NCBI GenBank assembly: GCA_017533565.1
Contig: JAFXHU010000026.1
Coordinates: 1,949-65,948, forward strand
Reading direction: 5' to 3'
Origin: Clostridia bacterium
Lineage (GTDB): Bacteria > Bacillota > Clostridia > Oscillospirales > CAG-272
DNA: 64,000 nucleotides
Shown here one piece after another: positions 35,474 through 45,701 of this stretch; positions within the stretch are counted from its first letter, which is position 1, and every line of letters starts with the position of its first letter. A program made the position numbers and the translations under genes. The notes below the pieces were generated by a model, which ran no database searches, had not been told where the DNA came from, and worked only from the letters and a program-made list of their open reading frames with translations.

Positions 35474-36538
35474 TTATTCAACAAATTCAACTCCGCTTGT
35501 CGAGGCGATATTGAAATCGTTATCAATCCAAATAACCTCGATAGGCTGACTGAAATTTTTGAGAAGGGCAATACCCTCCGAGTAGCTGACGCAAAACAGC
35601 GCGGTTGAAAGCGCGTCGGCAAGAGCCGAGTCCTCGGTTATCACGGTTACGGAGGAGAAGTAGCGCGCGGGCATAAGCGTGTCGGGGTCGATTATATGGT
35701 GGTAATTTACGCCGTCAACGGCAAAATACCTTTCGTAATTGCCCGAGGTAACGCAGGCGGTTTGTCCAAGCTTGAATTTTGCGGCAAACTCCGCGCTTGA
35801 TTTGTCGGGGTTTGTAAGGTTTGTTTGCCATTTTTCACCGTTTGGGTCAAGACCTATCGTGCGAATATTTCCGCCGATATTGAGGGCAACGTGATTTGCG
35901 CCCATTTCGCAAAGCCGCTCGTAAAGCCTTTCGGTTGCGTAGCCCTTTCCGATAGCTCCGACGTCAAGCGAAGCCGACGGGTCGGATATATATACCGTGC
36001 CCGCCTCCCTGTCGATAACGAGAGAGTCGATAAGCGTGTGCGCCTCCGCCGCCTTCAGCTCCTCCTCGCTCGGAAGGGCTGCCGCCTCCGGATTGTCGGC
36101 TGCGTTTTCGCGCGCATTGTGCCAAATTTTTAACACGGCTCCCATCATAACGTTGGTTTTGCCGTCCGTGAGTGTAAACAATTCTTTACAGTATTCAAGG
36201 AAGGAAAGAAGCTCCGCATCCACCCTTATCGGCGTGCCGTTTCCCGCCCCTTGGTTGATTTTGCGAATATTCGTTACTCCGCTGTAATCGTAGTAGATGT
36301 CGAAAAGCTTGTGGTAATAGGAAAGAAGGCTCTCCGCCTCGCTTACGTAGGAATTGAAATCCTCGTCGGAAACCTCACCGAGGACGGTAAGCGTCGATTC
36401 GGTGTTAAAATAGACGTAGGAGATTGTTTTCCCCCGCGTTTTATAGGTTTTTGATTTTTCCCCGTTGCAGGAGGAAAGCGAAAGGAGCGCGGTTATTATA
36501 AGTACCGCACAAAGGATTGACGATATAAATCTTTTCAT
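35474..36538 (-). CDS. apbE: FAD:protein FMN transferase ApbE (lipoprotein)
   Basis: Lipobox LSLSSC. ApbE family motifs (DVGAIGKGYA, NIGGNI, SGNYERYF). Start taken at MKRFISS. Confidence 0.9.
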   Translation of the reverse strand: MKRFISSILCAVLIITALLSLSSCNGEKSKTYKTRGKTISYVYFNTESTLTVLGEVSDEDFNSYVSEAESLLSYYHKLFDIYYDYSGVTNIRKINQGAGNGTPIRVDAELLSFLEYCKELFTLTDGKTNVMMGAVLKIWHNARENAADNPEAAALPSEEELKAAEAHTLIDSLVIDREAGTVYISDPSASLDVGAIGKGYATERLYERLCEMGANHVALNIGGNIRTIGLDPNGEKWQTNLTNPDKSSAEFAAKFKLGQTACVTSGNYERYFAVDGVNYHHIIDPDTLMPARYFSSVTVITEDSALADALSTALFCVSYSEGIALLKNFSQPIEVIWIDNDFNIASTSGVEFVE

Positions 36539-36688
36539 TTTTCCTCCTTTAAACAAATGCTTTTAAAGCCGTTTGGCTTTTTGATATTTTATCCAAGCGG
36601 GGGACTCTTTAAGCCTTGCGGGATTTATCCCGTTGATTTTACCGTAATATTTTAAGCTTTACGAGTCTTATCGCTTTAATTTTACTGT

Positions 36689-36719
36689 AAAAAAGGGACT
36701 TTTTCAAGCCCCCTTTTTA
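36689..36719 (-). terminator. Hairpin terminator after the lipoprotein gene
   Basis: On the - strand: AAAAGGG...CCCTTTT stem followed by a T-run. Confidence 0.45.
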
Positions 36720-36741
36720 TTTTTGCCGTTTGGCTGTTAAA

Positions 36742-37704
36742 TTATCTTACGTAGCCTGCTGCGCGAACAAGAGCTGCCTTGTAGCCGCCTGCGTAAATGG
36801 TGCAGCCTGTAACCGCGGTAGCGTCGATGCTATCGATTTCAGCAGCGGTCTTGCCAACGGTAGCGTTAGCGAATGCCTGTGCCTGTGCATACCACTCTGC
36901 GATAGCACCGCCGTAGGCAACCATATTGTAGCTGTCACCCTGCTCGTTCTTGGTGCCCGCGTACTTGTTAAGAGTAATGGAAAGGCTCTGGTCAGCTTCG
37001 CTGATTTCAAGGGTGTACGTTGCCTCTGCGGAATCAAGCATAGAAGCAACAACCTTGCCGCCTGCCATTGCTACTGCCGCAAAGTCAGCGGAAATTGTAG
37101 CACCGTCCTCGAGGGAGCCGGAAACTGCAGCGTCGATTGCAAGACCGAGTGTAACGGTGTCTGCGGTCTTAAAGCTTACCGCACGCTCGTAAGCGAATGC
37201 CTTTGCGATAAGAGCCTTGAATGCGGGCATAGAGGAAAGCATCGTGCAGCCTGCGACAAGACCTGCGTCTTCGCCGTCAACCACGAACTCAAGCTCCGCG
37301 ATTTCGGCAGCAGTCTTACCAATAAGGAACTGCTCAAAGGCCTTTGCCTCGTTTTCCCAGGAATCGGACATACCGGTGTAGCCGTCGCCCTTTTCAACCT
37401 TGGTTTCAACTCTGGAAACGGTGGTGATGTCGGTCCTTTCGCTGTTAAGAGCGATAGCAGGCTCTGCGCTGTCAAAGCGAGCGGCAACGATTTTTCCGTC
37501 CGCATCCCAAACGAGTGCGAGTGCGATAACGGTAGCCTTACCTCTTCCGTTAACGGAGCCAAGACCCTCGTCAACTACGAGAGCGAGGGAGTAGTCCTTC
37601 TCGGTGGGGGTATTCTCGTTGTTATTATTGTTGTTGTTTGCACAGCCAACAAGCGCGAGTGCGAGAATAGAGAGAAGAAGCAAAACAGAAACGATTTTCT
37701 TCAT
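36742..37704 (-). CDS. Lipoprotein with two tandem FMN-bind-like repeats (PplA-like architecture)
   Basis: Lipobox LVGC followed by a poly-Asn linker. Two repeats of about 140 aa each end in GKTAAEI...(A/T)GCT(M/I). Own consensus promoter. Adjacent to apbE. Confidence 0.6.
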   Translation of the reverse strand: MKKIVSVLLLLSILALALVGCANNNNNNNENTPTEKDYSLALVVDEGLGSVNGRGKATVIALALVWDADGKIVAARFDSAEPAIALNSERTDITTVSRVETKVEKGDGYTGMSDSWENEAKAFEQFLIGKTAAEIAELEFVVDGEDAGLVAGCTMLSSMPAFKALIAKAFAYERAVSFKTADTVTLGLAIDAAVSGSLEDGATISADFAAVAMAGGKVVASMLDSAEATYTLEISEADQSLSITLNKYAGTKNEQGDSYNMVAYGGAIAEWYAQAQAFANATVGKTAAEIDSIDATAVTGCTIYAGGYKAALVRAAGYVR

Positions 37705-37783
37705 TGTGGATTCTCCTTGTGTTTTATTTATTTTTTTATGAACGCTTTTTCGCACGCCGTTATTATACGGCGCTCGGACATAC

Positions 37784-37812
37784 ATTATACATAAAAGCCT
37801 TGCATTTGTCAA
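37784..37812 (-). promoter_or_regulatory. Consensus sigma-A promoter of the lipoprotein gene
   Basis: On the - strand: TTGACA, 17-bp spacer, TATAAT. Confidence 0.65.
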
Positions 37813-37913
37813 CCGCTTTTTAAAAATTCATTAGCAAATCGCTGTTTTTGGGTTTTAAAAGACATTTTTTGGGGCTATGTTGCGGTAAAACGCCCGCTTT
37901 TGACTTTTTGGGA

Positions 37914-38921
37914 TTAAAGAAGCCGTATGCCCGCCGCGCCGCAGCCTCTGACGGTTTCCTCGTCCCAAATGGAGGACTGCACCTCTCCGATATGGGCGCA
38001 CCCCATCATAAGCATACAAAGCCGTGACTGTCCTATTCCCCCGCCGACGGTAAGCGGAAGCTCGCCGCGAAGAAGTGCGGAGTGGAAGGGAAGCTCCGCC
38101 CTTTCCGTACAGCCGCGAATTTCAAGCTGACGGCGCATAGATTCCGCGTTTACGCGAATGCCCATAGAGGATATTTCAAGTGCCGAGCCAAGCACCTCGT
38201 CCCAAAACATTATATCCCCGTTAAGCTCCCAATCGTCGTAGTCGGGCGCTCTGCCGTCGTGGGGCTTTCCGTCCGAAAGCACTCCGCCGATTTGCATTAT
38301 TAAAACCGTGCCGTACTCCCGCGTTATTTCGTTTTCGCGCTCCTTCGGCGAAAGGGTGGGGTATCTTTGCAAAAGCTCCTCGCTCGTTATGGCGTACATA
38401 TCGCGGTTGAGCCTTACCGAAATCTCGGTAAAATGCTCGCGAAGCGCATCGGAGGTGTCGCATATTGCGTTGACGATGTCCGTAGCGGTGCTTTTGAGGT
38501 AGGCGAGCGTGCGCTCCCCATCGGTTATAACTCGCTCCCAGTCCCACTGGTCAACGTAAATCGAATGCGTGTTGTCAAGCTCCTCGTCGCGCCGTATCGC
38601 GTTCATATCGGTATAAAGACCGTTGCCCTCGTAAAAGTTGTATTCCTTAAGAGCAAGACGCTTCCATTTTGCAAGCGAGTGTACGACCTGCCCGCATTTT
38701 CCGACGTCTGGAATGTCAAAGCTTACGGGGCGCTCCGTGCCGTTGAGGTTGTCGTTAAGACCCGACTCCTCCGTAACGAAAAGAGGGGCGGAAACGCGGC
38801 GCAAGTTAAGCCTTTCGGAAAGGGTGGCTTGAAAGGTTTGCTTTATAAACGAAATCGCCTTTTGCGTCCTGTATAGGTCGAGGGAGGATTTGTACCCCCT
38901 CGGTATAAAAAGCTTACTCAT
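37914..38921 (-). CDS. asnA: Aspartate--ammonia ligase
   Basis: 335 aa. N-terminus YRTQKAISFIKQTF...RVSAPLF and class II aaRS-like core typical of AsnA. Confidence 0.9.
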   Translation of the reverse strand: MSKLFIPRGYKSSLDLYRTQKAISFIKQTFQATLSERLNLRRVSAPLFVTEESGLNDNLNGTERPVSFDIPDVGKCGQVVHSLAKWKRLALKEYNFYEGNGLYTDMNAIRRDEELDNTHSIYVDQWDWERVITDGERTLAYLKSTATDIVNAICDTSDALREHFTEISVRLNRDMYAITSEELLQRYPTLSPKERENEITREYGTVLIMQIGGVLSDGKPHDGRAPDYDDWELNGDIMFWDEVLGSALEISSMGIRVNAESMRRQLEIRGCTERAELPFHSALLRGELPLTVGGGIGQSRLCMLMMGCAHIGEVQSSIWDEETVRGCGAAGIRLL

Positions 38922-39023
38922 TGTTCTCCTTTCGCACCCGCGTGCTTTTTGTTTGCTCGGTAATATAAGCCGTAAATAAAGGCAAACCGACGAAAAAGGC
39001 GGGGGCGTGTGAAAAAAATAGTT

Positions 39024-39062
39024 TTAAAAAGGGGCGCGAACCGACTTTTTCGCAACCCCTTT
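39024..39062 (-). terminator. Intrinsic terminator after guaB
   Basis: On the - strand: AGGGGTTGCG...CGCGCCCCT stem followed by TTTTT. Confidence 0.6.
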
Positions 39063-39088
39063 GATTTTGTGGTTTTGTAAATAAAGGT

Positions 39089-40588
39089 TTACTTTACGCT
39101 GTTGCGAAGAGTGACGTCGTGATAATCTCCCTCTACGATGGAGGTTGCCGAAACGAGCGTAAGCTTTGCCTTCTCTTGAAGCTCGGGAATGGTGATAGCT
39201 CCGCAGTTGCACATAGTGGATTTAACCTTGTAAAGCGACATTTCAACACCGTCGTGAAGCGGTCCTGCCGCGGGGACGTAGGCGTCAACGCCCTCCTCGA
39301 AGGAAAGCCCCGCCTTGCCGCCAAGGTCGTATCTTTGCCAGTTTCTTGCGCGGTTGGAGCCTTCGCCGAAGTACTCCTTATACTGTACGCCGCCGATTGT
39401 AACCTTCGGCATCGGCGACTCGTCGAACTTCGCAAAATATCTTCCCATCATAATAAAGTCGCTTCCCATCGCGAGCGCGAGCGTCATATGATAATCGTGA
39501 ACGATGCCTCCGTCGGAGCAAATGGGGATGTAAATTCCCGTCTTTTCATAATATTCGTCGCGTGCGGCAGCCACCTCGATAACCGCGGTAGCCTGACCTC
39601 TGCCGATACCCTTGGTTGCGCGGGTAATGCAAATAGAGCCGCCGCCGATACCAACCTTTACAAAGTCTGCGCCCGCCTCCGCAAGGAACATAAAGCCGTC
39701 GCGGTCAACGACGTTTCCTGCGCCGACCTTTACCGTGTCGCCGTATCTTTCGCGAATAAATTCTATCGTCTTCTTCTGCCAAACCGTATATCCCTCGGAG
39801 GAGTCGATGCAAAGCACGTCTGCACCCGCCTCCACAAGCGCGGGAACTCTTTCGGCGTAATCGCGGGTGTTGATGCCCGCGCCGACCATATATCTCTTAT
39901 CCTTGTCAAGCAGCTCCTGCGGATTTTCCTTGTGCTGCGAGTAGTCCTTTCTGAATACGAAATACTTGAGCCTTCCGTCCTTGTCGATAATCGGGAGGGA
40001 GTTGAGCTTATGCTCCCAGATTATATCGTTCGCAAGCTTAAGGGTTGTTCCCTCGGGTGCGGTAACGAGCTTTTCAATCGGGGTCATAAAGTCCTTTACA
40101 AGCTCGCCCTCCGACATACGGCTTACGCGGTAGTCGCGGGTCGTTACTATGCCGAGAAGCTTGCCCGTCGAAGTTCCGTCATCGGTTACAGCCATAGTGG
40201 AATGCTGCTTTTCCTCGTAAAGACGAAGCACGTCGGCGAGGGTGTTTTCGGGAGTGAGGTTGGAGTCGGAAACGACGAAGCCCGCCTTGTAATTTTTAAC
40301 ACGGGTAATCATTGCCGCCTCGTTTTCTATGGACTGGTTGCCGTAGATGAAGGAGATACCGCCCTCCTTTGCAAGTGCGATTGCCATAGTGTCGTTTGAA
40401 ACCGACTGCATTATCGCGCTGACAAGCGGAATGTTAATTGAAATGGGGCATTCCTCCTCACCCTTGCGGTACTTTACGAGGGGGGTGCGAAGATTAACGT
40501 TTTGAGGCACGCAGCGCTCGTCGGTATAACCGGGAATGAGAAGGTATTCCGAAAAGGTGCGTGACGGTTCGGTAAAGTAGGTTGCCAT
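39089..40588 (-). CDS. guaB: IMP dehydrogenase (with CBS pair)
   Basis: 499 aa. Catalytic loop [14 protein letters not shown] region between the barrel halves. Confidence 0.85.
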   Translation of the reverse strand: MATYFTEPSRTFSEYLLIPGYTDERCVPQNVNLRTPLVKYRKGEEECPISINIPLVSAIMQSVSNDTMAIALAKEGGISFIYGNQSIENEAAMITRVKNYKAGFVVSDSNLTPENTLADVLRLYEEKQHSTMAVTDDGTSTGKLLGIVTTRDYRVSRMSEGELVKDFMTPIEKLVTAPEGTTLKLANDIIWEHKLNSLPIIDKDGRLKYFVFRKDYSQHKENPQELLDKDKRYMVGAGINTRDYAERVPALVEAGADVLCIDSSEGYTVWQKKTIEFIRERYGDTVKVGAGNVVDRDGFMFLAEAGADFVKVGIGGGSICITRATKGIGRGQATAVIEVAAARDEYYEKTGIYIPICSDGGIVHDYHMTLALAMGSDFIMMGRYFAKFDESPMPKVTIGGVQYKEYFGEGSNRARNWQRYDLGGKAGLSFEEGVDAYVPAAGPLHDGVEMSLYKVKSTMCNCGAITIPELQEKAKLTLVSATSIVEGDYHDVTLRNSVK

Positions 40589-40700
40589 TTGTTTTTCCTC
40601 ACTGTATTTTAATTTTTATCAATCTGTTTTACGGGCAAGGCAATTTTAAAATCCGAAATCGCTTTGCGGGTTTCATATCCCTACGGATATGCTTTGAAGT

Positions 40701-40729
40701 ATTTTAGCATAGGTAAATAGAGATGTCAA
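40701..40729 (-). promoter_or_regulatory. Sigma-A promoter of guaB
   Basis: On the - strand: TTGACA, 17-bp spacer, TAAAAT. Confidence 0.6.
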
Positions 40730-40737
40730 CGGGTATT

Positions 40738-41334
40738 TTAATTTTTGTAGTCGGTGAGAGCCTCCGCCTTTTCTATCACTATCTGCTGCGAGGCGGGAAT
40801 TCCGCCGCCGTTGCCGTCGGTTGAAAGATGTGCGGTGCGGCTTACGATTTCGTCAACGACCTCCATACCCTCGATAACGTAGCCGAATGCTGCGTATTTT
40901 CCGTCGAGGTGGGGCGAGTCTTCAACGCAGATAAAGAATTGACAGGACGCGGAGTCGTAGGCTTCGCCGCGCGCCATTGAAACCGCGCTTCTTACGTGGC
41001 TTATTGCGTTTGCGTGACCGTTTTCGAAAAATTCGCCCTCGATATACGTTCCGCTGTTACCTCTGCCCGTACCCTCGGGACAGCCGCCCTGTACCATAAA
41101 TCCCTCGATTACCCTGTGAAAGGTAAGCCCGTCATAAAAGCCGTCCTCAACGAGCTTTACGAAGTTTTTAACCGTCTTCGGCGCGTTTTCGCGGTCAAGC
41201 TGTATAACCACCACTCCGATGTCCTTTATCGTCAGCCTTACGTAATTTGCCTTTTTCTTGCAGGAGGCAAGCGAGCCGATAAGAAGCACGCAAAGCAGGG
41301 TGATTGCGATGATTTTGTAAACAGTTCTTTTCAT
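40738..41334 (-). CDS. Cyclophilin-type peptidyl-prolyl isomerase (lipoprotein)
   Basis: Lipobox LASC. FHRVIEGFMVQGG and SMAR...SQFFI cyclophilin motifs. Confidence 0.9.
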   Translation of the reverse strand: MKRTVYKIIAITLLCVLLIGSLASCKKKANYVRLTIKDIGVVVIQLDRENAPKTVKNFVKLVEDGFYDGLTFHRVIEGFMVQGGCPEGTGRGNSGTYIEGEFFENGHANAISHVRSAVSMARGEAYDSASCQFFICVEDSPHLDGKYAAFGYVIEGMEVVDEIVSRTAHLSTDGNGGGIPASQQIVIEKAEALTDYKN

Positions 41335-41389
41335 TTTTGAATCTTTCCGTTCGTTTTTTGTATTTTGCTTTTATAATTCCCGTTTTGGG

Positions 41390-42418
41390 TTATATACATT
41401 TCGTTATAAAAAGGTCGATTGCCGTGTAGCCCGTAACGCCGCCGAATTTTGCTCCCGCATCGACTCTTTCAAGCTCGGCAAGGATATTGACGATTCTCTC
41501 GGGGGTGAATTTCGGAGCAGCTCCGACGTAATGCTTCAGGCGGTAGGCGTTCATTCCCGTTTTTGCCTGTATATCCGCAAAGCCGAGTCCGTCCTTCAGC
41601 ATCATTACCACCTCCGCAAGCTCGGAGTAGGTGCGCGCCAGCATACCGAAAATTACCACGGGGTCAACCCTTCGCGATTTCATTTCGTCAAGCGCGGTAA
41701 GCGCGAGCCGTTTATCCCTTGCAAGCACGGCGTTGGTGAGCGCGTAGGTGTCGCATTCGGGGGTGGAGGAGGCAACGAGGACTACGTCCGCCTCGGTAAT
41801 CTCGCTTTTGCCTTTCGCGTGGGCAAAGGCGCAAAGCTTTTGAACCTCTCCGTGAAGCACCGACATAGAGTGTCCCGCGCGAAAGAGAAGGGAGGAAAGC
41901 GTATCGCGCGAAGCCGTAATCCCCTCCGCCTCGAAATGCTTTGAGAGCCAGGAGAGTAGCGCCGCGTCGGTGGAGGCGGTAAAATTGAGTATGCCCACCG
42001 TTTTTCCAAAGCGCTTTTCAAATTTACTTTCTCTTTTCGCCGTGCCGAGGACGAGTCCATCCTCCGCAACGAGGAAAACGAGCGTCGCGTAATCGTATTC
42101 GCCGAGAAGCTCCACGGTTTCCTCGAGAAGCTTTAGCTCGGAGTCCTTCATTTTTTCAAAATTCGGGTATCTCCATTCTATGAGCTTTTTGTCCGACATC
42201 ATAGGTGCGGAGGTTATATCGTCGCGGATTTTGGCAAAGCTTACCTCCGCGCCGTCGTATATCGCGTGGTTAAAGGTCGCAAACGCGCCGTCCTCCACGG
42301 TAGCCTCGCGTATCCTTTCGAGGTAATACCGCTTCAGGTAATCCTCCTCGCCCGCGAGAATGAAGCAGCCCGAAAGCCGCCCCTCCTTTATCCGCGATTT
42401 AAGTTCGTTTATATCCAC
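41390..42418 (-). CDS. holA: DNA polymerase III delta subunit
   Basis: 342 aa. N-terminal CFILAGEEDYLK pattern and typical HolA length. GTG start with GGGAGA RBS. Confidence 0.8.
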   Translation of the reverse strand: MDINELKSRIKEGRLSGCFILAGEEDYLKRYYLERIREATVEDGAFATFNHAIYDGAEVSFAKIRDDITSAPMMSDKKLIEWRYPNFEKMKDSELKLLEETVELLGEYDYATLVFLVAEDGLVLGTAKRESKFEKRFGKTVGILNFTASTDAALLSWLSKHFEAEGITASRDTLSSLLFRAGHSMSVLHGEVQKLCAFAHAKGKSEITEADVVLVASSTPECDTYALTNAVLARDKRLALTALDEMKSRRVDPVVIFGMLARTYSELAEVVMMLKDGLGFADIQAKTGMNAYRLKHYVGAAPKFTPERIVNILAELERVDAGAKFGGVTGYTAIDLFITKCI

Positions 42419-42430
42419 TTAAAATTCTCC

Positions 42431-42865
42431 CTATTCGGTGACGGAAAGGTGAAGGCGCACGCGCTTTTCCTGTCCGCCGACGTTCATATCGTAAATGAGC
42501 TGCAGCTCGCCGCCGCTTCCGCAAAGGGTGGAGCGTATTTTCTTCGTATTAACCGTCATATCGAATTTGTACGGGGGTACGGAATATACGGTGCGGCACT
42601 CCTCCCCCTCCTCGAAAACGAGGTCAACGACGACGCTTCCGCGGCGGGACAGTATAACTCCGCCCTCCCTTTTAACGAGGGTGACGTCGGTGCGCTGTCC
42701 GTCCTCGCCCTCCTCCGCGTATCTTACGGTTAGCACTCCGTCCTCGTCGGAAAGAGAGCCGACGGCGGCAATTACCGTTCTTTCGGGGTCGCCGACGGGA
42801 AGCCCGTTTTCGGTATTGTCAATCACCGACCTTACGGTGACGCTTACGCATTTTATGGTTTTCAT
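42431..42865 (-). CDS. DUF1934 (YwiB-like beta-barrel) protein
   Basis: About 144 aa. The alternating beta-strand pattern and ...GGELQLIYDMNVGG... resemble DUF1934. GAGGGA RBS before the ATG at 42865. Confidence 0.55.
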   Translation of the reverse strand: MKTIKCVSVTVRSVIDNTENGLPVGDPERTVIAAVGSLSDEDGVLTVRYAEEGEDGQRTDVTLVKREGGVILSRRGSVVVDLVFEEGEECRTVYSVPPYKFDMTVNTKKIRSTLCGSGGELQLIYDMNVGGQEKRVRLHLSVTE

Positions 42866-42890
42866 ATTATCCCTCACGGATTTCGGTTAT

Positions 42891-42919
42891 TTAAAAGTGG
42901 CTGTCGTTCTGACAGCCAC
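42891..42919 (-). terminator. Intrinsic terminator after mgsA
   Basis: GTGGCTGTC-loop-GACAGCCAC stem followed by TTTTAAAT on the - strand. Confidence 0.55.
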
Positions 42920-42955
42920 CTTGATAGCCGCGAGGAAAAATCGCGGCTTCGGAAT

Positions 42956-43384
42956 TTATTTGCTTCTTTTCGTGTTGTAGTCGCTCTTCGGGTTGATGAT
43001 TTCGCGCCAGTTGAGCGAGCCGCTTTCAAGCGCGGTTACAAGCACCTCCGCCGTGGCAATATTCGTCGCAACGGGCACGTTGTAAACGTCGCAAAGACGG
43101 AGAAGGTTTATTTCCGCCTCGCTCGGCATAGAGTCGGAGGCAGTGTTCCTGAAATAGAACACAAGGTCGATTTCGTCGTAGGATACCATAGAGGCGATTT
43201 GCTCGGTTCCTCCCGCGCTTCCCGCAAGCAGGGTCTCGATTTCAAGACCGGTTGCATCGGAAATGTACTTGCCCGTTATATGAGTGGCGTAAATGTGATG
43301 CTTGCAAAGAATAGGGCAGTAGGCAATACAAAACTGTGCCATAAGCTCCTTTTTGTTATCTTCTGCGATTAAAGCAATGTACAT
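42956..43384 (-). CDS. mgsA: Methylglyoxal synthase
   Basis: 142 aa. IALIAEDNKK..., ATHITG, GGTEQI and FYFRN motifs. Confidence 0.9.
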   Translation of the reverse strand: MYIALIAEDNKKELMAQFCIAYCPILCKHHIYATHITGKYISDATGLEIETLLAGSAGGTEQIASMVSYDEIDLVFYFRNTASDSMPSEAEINLLRLCDVYNVPVATNIATAEVLVTALESGSLNWREIINPKSDYNTKRSK

Positions 43385-43598
43385 ATGGAATCCTCCTTGT
43401 TAATATACTTTGTCAGTAAAATTGCTAAATAAAAATGACCATATCTCGCATTTTACACTATTATAGCACACGGATAAGGCTTTGTCAATCAATCAAAATC
43501 ATTTTTTCGCAAAATAATTACCCGCACGTACACACCCACGCTATGCAATTTATACAAACGGCAGAAAATATAACAGCCAAAAATTTTACTTTTATCCA

Positions 43599-43627
43599 TT
43601 GCAAAATGCAGACGAATAATGTATAAT
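43599..43627 (+). promoter_or_regulatory. Sigma-A promoter of pfkA
   Basis: TTGCAA, 17-bp spacer, TATAAT. Confidence 0.65.
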
Positions 43628-43669
43628 ATTGTAAAGAATAATTAAGCTATACCCATTTGTGAGGTTGAA

Positions 43670-44734
43670 ATGAAAAAATTTAAGAATATAGCGGTACTTA
43701 CCTCGGGCGGCGATGCTCCCGGAATGAACGCCGCGGTGCGTGCCGTGGTTCGTACGGCAATCTCCCACAACGTTCGCGTTATGGGAATTTTCAGAGGATA
43801 CTCGGGACTTATTGACGGGGATATCCGTCCGCTCGGACTTCGCGACGTGTCAAACGTTATTAACAAGGGAGGCACGGTGCTTTACTCCGACCGCTGCCCC
43901 GAATTTCAAACGGCGGAGGGAATGGCAAAGGCGGTCGATACCTGCAAGCGCCTCGGAATTGACGGCATAATCGCACTCGGCGGCGACGGAACCTTCCGCG
44001 GTGCTACCGAGCTTACCGCAAACGGCGTGCCCTGCATCGGCGTGCCCTGCACAATCGATAACGATATTGCCTCCACCGACAACACAATCGGCTTCGATAC
44101 CGCGATGAACACGGTTATCGAGCTTGTTGACAATCTTCGCGACACCTGCGAATCCCACGCAAGATGCAACGTTGTGGAGGTTATGGGTCGCGGCTGTGGC
44201 GAGATTGCGCTCTCCACGGGAATTGCCTCCGGAGCTACCGCAACACTCATTCCCGAGTTTTCCTATGACGTTAACGATATTTGCGCCCGTATCAAGAAGG
44301 CAAGGGAGCTTGGAAAGCGTAATTTCATCGTCATCGTTTCGGAGGGCGTCGGAAATCAGGTAGGACCCGACCTTGCAAAGACGATAGAGACGGAAACGGG
44401 TGTTGAAACGAAGTTTGCCCGCTTTGCCCATATCGTAAGAGGCGGAAGCCCCACGCTTAAGGACAGAGTCCTCGCATCCACGATGGGAGCAATCGCGGTG
44501 GAGGAGCTTTTGAAGGGTAACTCCAACCTCGTAATTTGCGAAAAGAAGGGCAAAATCGTCGCGGTTGATATTAACTATGCTCTTATTCTTGACAGAATGT
44601 ATAAGAATAAGCTGAAGGACGGCGACCTTGACCGCTTCAGCGAAAAGGAAATTGAAAAAATGAAAAAGGAAATCCGCGAAAAGCAGCAGACGATGGCTCG
44701 CCTTTACGGTATCTCCAAAACGATTAACCTTTAA
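43670..44734 (+). CDS. pfkA: ATP-dependent 6-phosphofructokinase (with a charged C-terminal extension of about 35 aa)
   Basis: IAVLTSGGDAPGMNAA, GGDGTF, PCTIDNDI and MGR motifs. Confidence 0.9.
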   Translation: MKKFKNIAVLTSGGDAPGMNAAVRAVVRTAISHNVRVMGIFRGYSGLIDGDIRPLGLRDVSNVINKGGTVLYSDRCPEFQTAEGMAKAVDTCKRLGIDGIIALGGDGTFRGATELTANGVPCIGVPCTIDNDIASTDNTIGFDTAMNTVIELVDNLRDTCESHARCNVVEVMGRGCGEIALSTGIASGATATLIPEFSYDVNDICARIKKARELGKRNFIVIVSEGVGNQVGPDLAKTIETETGVETKFARFAHIVRGGSPTLKDRVLASTMGAIAVEELLKGNSNLVICEKKGKIVAVDINYALILDRMYKNKLKDGDLDRFSEKEIEKMKKEIREKQQTMARLYGISKTINL

Positions 44735-44743
44735 AAATACGAA

Positions 44744-44773
44744 GGGGCGTTGCCAAGCGGCAACGCCCCCTTT
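44744..44773. terminator. Hairpin terminator between convergent pfkA and the nucleoside hydrolase gene
   Basis: GGGGCGTTGCC-AAGC-GGCAACGCCCC, a perfect 11-bp stem. Confidence 0.7.
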
Positions 44774-44807
44774 CGCTAACACACCCAAACGGTGCGTTTT
44801 TGGGCGG

Positions 44808-45701
44808 TTATTTCGTCAGCTTGTCTATCATATCGTTCATAAGCGGGTCGCGGTTGATATGGTAAACGTAGCGCATCGGCTTTTCAATCGGCTCGCCTTC
44901 GTAATTGCCCGCGTAGTCGGGAAGCCGCGTTTTTTCTATGCGCGACAGCATAAACCTCTCGCCCTCGTTAAGCAGCCAGCCGACCGCCGTAACGTCCCAA
45001 AGCACGCGGGTCCAGTCCTTGCCCTCCTGCTCCCTCATAGCCTCTATCACGTACTGTGCGAGGTGGTCGCAAAGCTCGTTTTTGCCGAGAAGCCGACAGC
45101 GAAGCTCGTCGCAGGAAATATAAAACGCGCTTACCGTGCCGTTGCAGGGAAGCTGTACAAGCGGTGCGGCGGAGGACATAACCACTCTTGCCGCGGCAAT
45201 ATCCTGGCGCATATTGTATTCGTCGGTTTTTCCAAAGTGATGCGCGTGACCTCCGAGCCATACTATTACGGTTCTTTCGGCGATTTCGGGGTTTAAAAGC
45301 AACGCGCTTGCCACGTTTGTGATTGCTCCGATTGCGATAACGTAAAGCGGGCTTTCCGCGGTGTATGCCATAGCTCGGCTTGCAAGGTCGCGCGCCGCCT
45401 CGGAGATTACGGGCGTGCTTTCATCGGGGAGATAGCCCGTCGAACCGCGGAATACGTCCTTTTTTATATTCATAATATCGAGAAGCAGATTGATTTCTCT
45501 GAAGCTTTCCTCCATACCCCTTTCGGTGTTGATGTGCGGGAAGGAAAAGGGTGCGGCGTAAAGCGCAACGGTGTTTATCCTGTCCGCCGAGCGCAGAAGA
45601 TAGCTTATGGCGAATTGGTCGTCAACCTCGTTGAAGGCGTCGGTGTCGATAACCGCGTCAACTCTTTTGTGCGGAGTGTCAAGCCTTTTTATAATATCCA
45701 T
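44808..45701 (-). CDS. Nucleoside hydrolase (IUNH family)
   Basis: N-terminal DTDAFNEVDDQFAI aspartate cluster. 297 aa. Confidence 0.85.
   Translation of the reverse strand: MDIIKRLDTPHKRVDAVIDTDAFNEVDDQFAISYLLRSADRINTVALYAAPFSFPHINTERGMEESFREINLLLDIMNIKKDVFRGSTGYLPDESTPVISEAARDLASRAMAYTAESPLYVIAIGAITNVASALLLNPEIAERTVIVWLGGHAHHFGKTDEYNMRQDIAAARVVMSSAAPLVQLPCNGTVSAFYISCDELRCRLLGKNELCDHLAQYVIEAMREQEGKDWTRVLWDVTAVGWLLNEGERFMLSRIEKTRLPDYAGNYEGEPIEKPMRYVYHINRDPLMNDMIDKLTK

Noticed and set aside
40589-40700. Purine or guanine riboswitch in the guaB 5' UTR
   Set aside because: The 115-nt UTR lacks the conserved three-way-junction loop sequences (TATAATCGCG...CCGTAAAT-type).
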